Assembly: GCF_009914755.1 (NCBI RefSeq)
Contig: NC_060930.1
Reading direction: 5' to 3' (one strand)
From: the human T2T-CHM13v2.0 reference genome, Homo sapiens
Length of the DNA stretch: 64,000 bases
The notes beneath the pieces are model-generated. The model was given only the letters and a program-made list of their open reading frames with translations, made no database searches and was not told the DNA's origin. Positions 53,501-64,000 of this stretch are shown one piece after another. How positions within the stretch are numbered: the stretch's first letter is position 1; each line of letters starts with the position of its first letter. Position numbers and translations under genes: made by a program.

Positions 53501-54533
53501 TTAAATAGTATAATTATAATGATTGAACACTGAAGATCTCTGGATGCTAATATTCCACACATTACAGTATGTGCCAACTCTAAAATTTGACTTTTAGACT
53601 TTTAGGAATTTTTATGATATATATTTTTCACACCGTATGACACTGTTGATAGTATTAGGATTTTCTAAAATGATGGGATAATTTTACCTATGATAAATGC
53701 TACCATTTATAAATGTGATTTCGGTATGCATGAAATGCACGATTTTGCATATTACTGCTGTAACTATTATCTTAAAATATGACCTTCTGGGAAATAACAT
53801 GTTATGACCTTATAATTTATTATTACATTCACAGGTAACTCCTCAAGTATCTAGGCTTGACTGTTATAATTATACATTCTTCATAACTATGAATTTTGAA
53901 TTATGGGTTAAGAATTATGAATTATAGACTCAAACACACTTTAAAACATTCTTTTATCAAAGGGCATTTAGTGTGGCTGACACTCTGGCCTTTTAGAAGT
54001 TAATAATAAATAAAATTGTCATTGTTTCCTGAATTAGCTTTAAGTGAATCCATGTGTTAAGCTTCAAATTTGGTAAAATGCTATTTTACTAAATAGCATT
54101 TTTGAAAATCTTATTTATATAGCTTAAAGAAAAACCATATGACTTTAAGAAAACTAAGACCAATGTTAATATTTTAGTAGCTTAAACATATAGTGCTGGA
54201 TACTGTCAGAATTCCATACATGGAATTCAAGTAAAGCCACTACTAATTAATTTTAAACACTGATGACTGTGTATCAAACTCTTCGCTATTTTCATGGAAT
54301 TTGCAACTAGATTGTTCAGTTAAGCAGTCTATATATGAATATCTTTATAATTTTAAAATCATGATTCACAGAGTAAAATTTTGGGTATTTGGCTCTTCAA
54401 AAACCTGAATTTAAAGAGTGCTCTAGTAGTAGGGCAAATGCTCTGGGTGCAGATAGCTGTGCCTCACTGATATCCCCTCAATGCCTTAATGACAATCCAC
54501 CACAAGCATCAGTTTGGGTAAAAATGAAGCATT

Positions 54534-54806
54534 TACTTTCTTTCTTTCTTTCCTCCTTCCTTCCTTCCTTCCTTTCTTTCCTTCTTTCTTTCTTCTTTCA
54601 TTTCTTTCTCCTTCCTTCCTTCCTTCCTTTCTTTCCTTCTTTCTTTCTTCTTTCATTTCTTTCTCCTTCCTTCCTTCCTTCCTTCCTTCCTTCCTTCCTT
54701 CCTTCCTTCCTTCCTTCCCCCGGCCCCTCTCCTTCCCCCTTCCTCTCCCCCTCCCTCTGCCCTCCCCTCCCCTCCCTTCCCCTCCCCTCCCCTTACCTTT
54801 CCTTTC
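54534..54806. repeat. Polypyrimidine compound repeat (TTTC/TTCC/CCCCT)n
   Basis: ~270 bp almost purely C/T. Confidence 0.97.
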
Positions 54807-55609
54807 CCGAAACAAAATTATGAATAGAATGTTGGGTCTTAACTTCCTTTCATATAAATACTTGCCTAAATCAGCTGATATATTTGGTAAGGTTAAAAGG
54901 GAAGCATGAAAGTGAGCCATTGCAGATAGAAACAGATGTTTTCCCCTAGCTAATTACTAATAATGTGATCTTAAGATCACATCTAGCAACAAATGCACAT
55001 GCCTAGTTAAAACTATAAGAAATAGTTTAAATTTTAGTACTGGACTTTTCTTATTCCTGATGTATGACTATTATTTACTGAGATTTTATTTTGTTTCATT
55101 ATGCTGACACAGTATTACTAGGATAACGGCATTATTATTGCCATTTTAAGGATAAGGAAATGAGAACGGTAACCAGGCCTTGTAGATCCCAAAGTATTAC
55201 AGTATTTTAAATATCAACTATATTTACAATATTTTAATCACATAAAAAAAATAAAAACAAATGACCTTACTTCAAGTAAATAATTTTGGTGTTAAGAAGT
55301 GACACCTTTTCCTGAGAATGTATTATTAGAGAGGAATTTTAATTTTTTAAAAAACTTACATAGAATGAGAAGGAGAAAGCCTATTAATGTATACCATATT
55401 TCCCCCATATGATTATAAGTGCTGTTGTCATCCATATACTGTATGTTTAAGATTAATTGTTAGTGTTTTCAATTTAATGCTAAAGCATAAACTAGAATGA
55501 ATCTTAGTGGGAGTTACTTGGAATATAAATATTAATTTTTATTATAAAACATTTATATTCATATATAATTCGGCTACTCTTAATTTTAAATATAAATAAT
55601 TTAAATACT

Positions 55610-55830
55610 TATTCAATCAATAAATATGTATTAAGGATACCAATCAGACAGACACAGTCTCAGCTCTTAAGGAACGTCCTGTCTAGTTATTACTATACAC
55701 ATATACAAGATGACTTACAGGTAAAAAGATGTCAGACAGAAATGTGAACTGCTGCCTTGTGAAGGACTCCCTACGGGAGCTGTGTCTTGGTGGGATAGAT
55801 GGAGCCTTCTTTCTAAGTATTGAAACTGAA
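55610..55830 (-). mobile_element. L2 3' fragment
   Basis: attcaatcaataaatatgtattaag...agacacagtctcagctcttaaggaac...gtctagt. Confidence 0.6.
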
Positions 55831-58226
55831 GCGTATTAGTCAACAAAGAGATGATCAGGCTGTGATTAATAGACTCATTTAAACTAAACTCATAAGACCA
55901 AAGCACAGAAGTGAAAGCAGTATTTTGTTGATTTCTGAAAGGTGACACTAGTCCACGCTTTCATAGAAAGTGCCTGGGACTTGAAATTATTACTAGAAGA
56001 TTTTGCTAAATATATAGTCGCAGCAAAAAGGATTGCTAGATTGTGTGAATGGATGGATAGTTTACTTTTCTTATAGGAAATCAGCTCTAGTCTATTCCTA
56101 GAATGGCTTTTTTGACCAAAATATTTTGTTTTCCATATATTGTTAGTCTTTATGGTCAATGATGAATAAACAGTGCTAAATACTTTCTTTTTATGGATGT
56201 ACCAAAAGCAACATTTCAATTCATTAAGTAAACAGTTACATTTATGTATTGTCTTTCTCTGGTTACATCCTAGTCAACTTGATTAGAACTGGGTATTTAT
56301 CTTCTGCAAAATATTTACAAACTGTTATGTATTTTTAGCATATGGCCATGTTTTCTTTTTATTGATGGTTTTAACTAGTTTACAGGTATGGCTCTTACTG
56401 ATTTTTTTCAAAATTATAAATATTTTGTACACACCCATAATGCATTGAAAAAACTAGGGCTCAAGTGGCTATATGTTAATTTTAAATGTTTAATCAGCAA
56501 ATAAATACTTCAAACATTTTATTTTGAAACACATCTTATAAATCATCTTTTTAAGTTTTATTACTAGTATTAGTATTATTTTGATCCACATATCTCTTGA
56601 CTTTTTTCTTTTAAGTCCTTGATAAAATATTCATTAATTACTTAATGGGTAGCCTTTATAGTTCCCTTCAGAAAATATTCAGCAAGATAAATTTATGTGT
56701 AAATTAATGGGTAAAATTATATGATTGGATTCTTTATAAATAATCTACGTACTTTTTTTTTGTTTCTAGACATTATTAGTCTATACCCAACTTTAACCTT
56801 TAGGTGGCAGCATTTGAGAACAGTTATAGATACTTGCCACCATTTAGAAAAACAAGATGAATAGTGTATATGTTCAAAATAAAGAATTTAGGATTTTTTT
56901 TTTATTTAGACTCAGAACAATCGCTTATCAAGCACTGCACTATCTCATAATTTGTAACATTAAGAAGTATTTTCATATTCACATAAGGCTACTTTAGGTT
57001 TATAAAAAGTCCATCATTTGCATGGCCATTTGTTCACAGTTATACTTTCATTGAAGGCAGGGGTTCTTCCAAATGGATATTCCTAAAGGACCTTTGTTCT
57101 CAGCACATCTCCAATTTTAATGGATCTGGGCTAATTAGACATATCTGAAAATCTTTTCTAAAGTATTGAAAACAAAGACATTATCTTTCTTCTTGCAATT
57201 TATTGGTTTAAAAATACTTTACATTTATGTATAGTGAGAGATGAAAGGGCAAGTACAATATAAAACCAATTTATATCAAGGACTTTTTTTAATAGTCCAT
57301 CTTAGTTGCTAACTAGAATAATCATCACAAAAGATACATTTTGCTGAATAACTGACCGATTAGTCTGATCTATCACTCCTATCTTGTTTTCTTTTTTTAA
57401 AAAATGAGGTCAACCAATTTTGCTTCACTAGCCAAGTACCTAATCAAGATCAGGCCATATATGAATAACTTCATTAAGATATATAATCAAGGCTAGAATC
57501 TATTATGTTTAATGGAATATGAGTGCTTAACTTTTACAGAGACTCATGTCAGCTTTTCTACAACTATAATTCCTGTTGCTGTATGATTAACTTTTTCATT
57601 ATATTAAACTTAAAATTACTTTCTTTTATTTTTCTCTATTTGGATTTTAATATAGTTAAATAAATCTTTTAGGATAACTTTTTAAAATACTTCTTTTTCT
57701 TTTTATTGAAAAATGTTCCAATATTTTTATCCTGATTTCAGTTCAGAGGATTTTATTTTGTGTTTACTTCATTATTATAAGAAAGACATAAAATTTCAAA
57801 TAACTTATTTAAAACCATGTTTATATATAGCTGATCCTAAAGACTAATGTGTATTTGTTCATTTTGGCCCTATAAAATATTAAATAGTTTTGCTAAGGAA
57901 AGTATTTGCAGTGATTTTTACTGATGGCAAAATTGTAAAAAAAAAAATTAATACCTAGTTATCATTTAAATAATTTATATTTTAGACAGGATCCAAAGTA
58001 TACAACATGCTTTGTGTTTTAGACATTTGTGTTTGTGCTATTTACATTAAGAAAACTTGATCAGTATCTATAAACATCCTTTCCCTATAGAGAAATGGAT
58101 AATCTGTTAATTTGTGTTGTAAAAGTCATGTAGTTCCATGAAGACAGTATCCAAAAGTATGGGTACTCTGTGACCATTTCAGTTTTTGTCACATTTTTCT
58201 ATTTGCCTGAATCCCTCAAAATGGCA

Positions 58227-58591
58227 TGTATGTCCATTTTCACACTACTGATAAAAACATACCTGAGACTGGGCAATTTACAAAAGAAAGAGGTTTAACT
58301 GGACTTACAGTTCCATGTGGCTGGGGAAGCCTCACAATCATGATGGAAGGCAAAGAGGAGCAAGTCATGCCTTACATGGATGGCAGCAGGCAAAGAGAGA
58401 GCTTGTGCAAGGAAACTCTCATTTTTAAAACCATCATATCTCGTGAGACTTACTCACTATCAGGAGAACAGCACAGGAAAGACCTGTGCCCATGATTCAA
58501 GCATCTCCCACCGGCTCTCTTTCACAGTGCATGGGAATTATGGAAGCTACAAGATGAGATTTGGGTGGGGACACAGAGCCAAACCATATCA
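58227..58591 (-). mobile_element. THE1B solo LTR
   Basis: Reversed LTR tgtatgtccattttcac...ccaaaccatatca. Perfect 5-bp TSD tggca. Confidence 0.95.
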
Positions 58592-58725
58592 TGGCATAAG
58601 CAAGATAAATGATTTATTGACCAATTAACTGAAATTTTTAGAGGCTTGAATGTCTGGAAATAGGTGCTCCAATAATGTCAGAAGTCTGATTCTCCATTTC
58701 TCTTTTCTGCTTTACTTTTTGTCGC

Positions 58726-59039
<314 letters not shown>

Positions 59040-62000
59040 TACTTTTTGTTGCTTTTTATTCTCAGTAAATGTTTTCCCCCAACTGGTAGCAAAAAAGGTT
59101 TCCACCACTCCTGACCAGCATGCCTGATAGAAAAAAAGCATGTGTGTGTGCATCTTTCTAGTGGTCTTGGGGAAAGTTTCAGGGAGAACTTTCTTTGTTG
59201 CAACATGAGTCACACCCCCATACCTGAGCTTATCATTTTAGGAAGTGCACTCTGGTCTGTGATTTTTCAGATCAAATTGCTTAGATCCCAGTTCCAACCA
59301 AGGAGGGCAGAGTTACTATAAGCCTCATGCCTTGACAGACATTTTAGCTGATGCCTCATCCAAGTCATTTGGCAGCATCAGTTGATCTTTATGTTCAAAA
59401 AGATTCTGAACAAATGAATCAAGCAGATATGAGGCTTTCACTCTTTCCACTAGCACTTTAACCCAGACCAATTGCATCAAAATGTGTCTATATGGCAGCC
59501 AAATAAATTGTGAGACATAAACCAATTTTAATAAAATAGAATTTTGTGTGTCATGACACCTTGATAATAATAGCGAGACATGGTCAGATTGCTTGCGAAT
59601 TGTTTAAAGTGGAGAGATTACTGAATCAGGAGACAATCCTGACTTCTGACTTTGGATAAGGCAGCCACTGCCTGGGATAAGGGGAGTGTACTGCAGAGAA
59701 CTGGCTGATGGCTTTTGGTCAGTCAGCTGGGCAAGGGTGAATCAGAATTACAGTCTGCCTCCATCTGCTAGTAATTCCTGCAGTTAAAGCCAGGCATGAC
59801 AAGTTGCAGTGTTACAGATGGCCTATGGTATCAGTTTCAAATAAATAGCTTCCTTCCTTTCCTATGCAACTATATGCTACTGTCACTTTAATAAAGGAAA
59901 TAACATGCAAGTCAAATTTGTTTCTTAAGTGTAAAAACTCTTAGACTGACAAAACTTCTTTTGCAATAAGTTTAAAAAATTACCTTTTTTGCCATCCCAC
60001 CCTCCAAAACATCCCTCTCCATTCCATCTAGCAACACTCCTATTCAAGCTTGCTGGATGTGCTGTGAATCCTGAGGGACTCCTGAAGCTAATTCATACTA
60101 CAGCGTAAATAACTTCTGGGTCAATGCTCCCCAAGGGGTTTGTACTTTATAAGGAAGTCATTTATGGAAGGTGCCAGAGGGAACTTTGCAATTGAACTTT
60201 GCAATTCAAATGAAAGGTGGGGCTTTTTTCCACAGAGCATCTCCAGGAAAAAAGCCAACAGAGCTATTGTCCCCCAAAACAAATTAATATAGTTCATTCA
60301 CAAATTCATTCTACAAATATTGGCTGCCTATCATATTCTAGTCATTGTTGATGTTTTTCTTTTTCTCATATAAATGTATTTCTTACTTTAAAAAAGAGGC
60401 CAAGGAATATAAAGGAATATAAAGCTAATAAAAAATTCAGCCCTATTTGTATAAATTTTACAAGTCATTAAAAAGTCGGTGAGAAAAATTTTATTTTTTA
60501 TGTTTTTTTAAGTGGTCATTTGTTGGTTGGAAACTATGATTAGAAACAGTTTTCCCTCTTTGCCAGGTAAGTACTATGCTCTAGGAGGGCTAATAGGATG
60601 GTTATATTGCCTAGTGAAGAGATCTGGGGCAAGCAGCTTAACCCAGGTATACCCCCAGGTTTTAAACTACCATTCCTTATAAAGTTTTTTTTTTTTCAAA
60701 TAAATACTATACATTGGATATTTTACATATTTAGCATCAAATCCACAGTTATGTGACTGATAAAATACAAATCTTGCCTCCTTCTCATATTTTCCGTGTG
60801 TTGCAGAGTGATCTCTCTCAAATGCCAACCTATTTATTAAGTCTTGTATCTGATTTTCCACCTTCAATATATGCCTTTTTTCCACATTTAGTACAATGCT
60901 GGCATGTAGTAGATGCCCAGTTTGTAGATATTGAGTAGCTGAACTATATTCAATTCAGTATATATTCCCTGAATATACATTGGCATGCAAGGCAGTGTAC
61001 TCACGAGTACACGGATGACTAAGACACATTCTTTCTCTTCTTGTAGTTTTGCATTTAGTAAGTGTGGATATTTGGGGATAAGTCATGACAAAAATCCTAA
61101 TAAAAGCCAACCATTCAAGCCAAAGAGAGTCAGTCGGGAACAAGTGGCTATGGGAATTTAGTCTCTGACACCAGAAATCATAGCCTCTCAGAAATTACAG
61201 TTCACTGTGGAACACTTTAGTGTTTTGGAAGGTAGCTCTGTCTTTCAATGGCTAGCTTTTAATCAGCTTTTTGAAATAAATGAATAAAACACCCTTTGTT
61301 TCATTTATGTGTGTGCTTCAGTTTAAAGTAGTAAAAACAATGATCATATTCATCTGTTCCATACAAGAGTCGACAAAATATTGGATACATATTTAAGTAT
61401 TACCATAATTATAGTTTTTATTTCATTAGGCAACTTACATCGAGATTTTTATGTACACAGGTCTGTGACTATAATAATCCATTCCTAATTGCTTATGTGG
61501 AATCTATGAATCCTTCCTTGTACAGTATTTTGTTCTCCTAGGTGTTGATAAACTAGAGCCGTTAGCAAGCTTTTATGTTCTCTTAAAGGTTATTTGACTT
61601 TGATTTAGAAATGTTACATTCCCATTCATTTCATGAATATTCTCTAATGCTTTTTCTAAACCTGGGACATAATATGGATCTTACTTCTACAGAAAATTAT
61701 GGAGATTATCAGTAATTGCTCTATTGCAACCACAAGGAAAAATATATTTAGATTGTAGAGTCCCAAGGTATTTCAAAAACATACTTTGAAGTAGTGACTC
61801 AATATTGGTAATGTATGTAGTTTGCATACAAATAATAAGTATTATACTTTCATGTATAACATTTAAACCACAGGATACTGAAGTTCTCATTTCCTGTTGG
61901 GAATTTTCCATGTGAATATAGGACTGTTCCTCTATCTGAAGAGCTAGAGATTTCCCTTTTATCATATTGAGCATACAATGAAATGATCATGTTTTGATTT

Positions 62001-62312
62001 TTTTAATTATCATCTCAAAGGTTTTAAAAGAATTATATGCTTCCTTTACATTGCATTATCTGATTCTATCCAGTGATAATGTCCTATATAGTTATCTCTC
62101 TAAATTGAAGGTGACTGAATGGGATGATTTTCTTTTTTGTAGTGGCTCCTAGACTCCTCCCTTAAGTCCTGGCATGCAAGTCCTCAATCATAACTGATAC
62201 CAATTATTTCAGGGTATTCTCTGTGGCAGTACAGATTTCCTCCTCTTCCCTACTTTTATTATAAACAGTTTATACAACACCTAAAAAGCCCTTCTGAAAT
62301 AATGTGATATGA

Positions 62313-62618
<306 letters not shown>

Positions 62619-62622
<4 letters not shown>

Positions 62623-63356
62623 AGCTAAAGGATTGTAAATACACCAATCAGCACCCTGTCTATCTCAAGGTTTGTAAAGGCACCAATCAGTGCTCTGTGT
62701 CTAATCTGGTGAGGACTTGGAGAACTTTTGTCTAGCTAGAGGATTGTAAATGCACCAATTAGCACCCTGTCAAAACGGACCAATCAGCGCTCTGTAAAAT
62801 GGACCAATCAGCTCTCTGTAAAATGGACCAACCAGCTCTCTGTAAAATGGGCCAATCAGCAGGATGTGGGTGGGGTCAGATAAGGGAATAAAAGCAGGCT
62901 GCAGCACCAGCCGCGGCAATCAGGTTGCGTCTCCTTCCACGTTGTAGGAGCTTTGTTTATTTGCTCTTTGCAATAAATCTTGTTGCTTCTCGCTCATTGG
63001 GTCTGTACTGCCTTTATGAGCTGTAACACTCACCACAAAGGTCTGCAGCTTCACTCTTGAGGTCAGCGAGACCACGAACTCACTGGGAGGAGTGAACAAC
63101 TCTGGACTGGAGGAATGAACAACTCCAGAGGCACTGCCTTAAAAGCTGTAACACTCACCGCAAAGGTCTGCACCTTCACTCCTGAAGCCAGCGAGACCAC
63201 GAACCCACCAGAAGGAAGAAACTCTGAACATGTTTGAACATGAGAAGGAACAAACGCCGGACACGTCACCTTTATAGAACTGTAACACTCACCGCCAGGG
63301 TCTGCGGCTTCATTCTTGAAGTCGGTGAGACAAAGAACCCACCAATTCTGGACACA
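62619..63356 (+). mobile_element. LTR12-family (ERV9) LTR, 5'-truncated
   Basis: Tandem caccaatcagc units, cagataagggaataaaagc, U5 repeats ctgtaacactcacc..aaggtctgc. Ends accaattctggacaca. Confidence 0.96.
62640..62900 (+). promoter_or_regulatory. LTR12 U3 promoter: six CCAAT (NF-Y) boxes, GT/GC box, GATA site, AATAAAA TATA-like box
   Basis: CCAAT at 62644, 62683, 62755, 62780, 62804, 62852. gtgggtgggg 62866, agataa 62878, aataaaa 62887. Confidence 0.7.
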
Positions 63357-63699
63357 GAAATACTGAGGCAAGATAGTTACAACTATATGTATCTCATCAA
63401 TTTAATTAAAATTGGAATTAATAAGGCTTGAACTTAATAATTTAAGGGTACTTCCAAGGTTGCTGTCCTGTCAATGGATATTTGTTTGATGGTGTGAACA
63501 AGAAAGCAGAATTAAGAGATATTTTAAAAAATGATTTGACTAGAATTCAGAGTGCTTTGTTTGGCACTAAATGTGACACCTGAGCTCCTTCTCTCTCTTG
63601 CGAATGAGATCATGGCTTTGGTTTCCATGATTTCCAAGGTTCATTTATTTTTTAAATCGACTTACTTTTAGATTCAATATAGGCTTTAACATATACTCT

Positions 63700-64000
63700 T
63701 TCACTTCCTTAGTAGGTACTTTATGAGCACTTCGTTCATGTAAGGCACAGTGCCAGGCACGGGGATGTGTCAGGAGAGTGAAGAGCTCCTTTGCTCATGG
63801 GCTCAGGGTTTGGGGGAGACAAACATTACATAATTACACAAATAAATAGAAACTGTGATAAGCGCTGCAAAGACATCATGGAGGGTGTCAGGAGATAAAA
63901 TAATAGATTGACCTAAATTGGATTGAGAGTGAGAACATGTCTCTCAGAGAGTAAGAGCTTTAGGCTGAAACCCGGGGAGTGAGAAAAAATTAGTTGAAAA
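63700..64000 (-). mobile_element. L2 3' fragment
   Basis: tttatgagcac...gtaaggcacagtgccaggcacggggat...tgctcatggg...ggggagacaaaca...gtgataagcgctg. Confidence 0.8.

Noticed and set aside
54389-54920. Three overlapping 131-144 aa ORFs
   Set aside because: Translations of a stop-free simple repeat.
62640-63310. Regularly spaced repeats resembling a CRISPR array
   Set aside because: These are the normal LTR12 U3 and U5 tandem units, with no unique spacers, in eukaryotic DNA.

Overview
This is AT-rich, CpG-poor primate (human-like) genomic DNA, either intronic or intergenic and heavily filled with transposable-element remnants. The main ones are Alus (J, S, Y and one Yd-type), a rearranged ~5.6 kb L1MA, three full-length THE1 (MaLR) proviruses plus a truncated one and two solo LTRs, a 5'-truncated LTR12 (ERV9), and old L2, MIR, HAL1, LTR33, LTR78 and Charlie fragments. 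I can support no intact protein-coding gene, RNA gene, CpG island or CRISPR array. The six-frame ORFs are L1 ORF2, MaLR, Alu or simple-repeat remnants, or chance ORFs. I found no convincing novel biological system. The best leads are a 40-nt minus-strand exon candidate with strong splice signals (50558-50597), recursive-splice-like motifs (16700 minus, 60566 plus), an AluY/LTR12 microhomology deletion junction that keeps the NF-Y promoter, and a THE1A LTR with an intact DUX4 site. Repeat family names come from recalled consensus sequences, not a database search. Subfamily calls and boundaries of old repeats are approximate.
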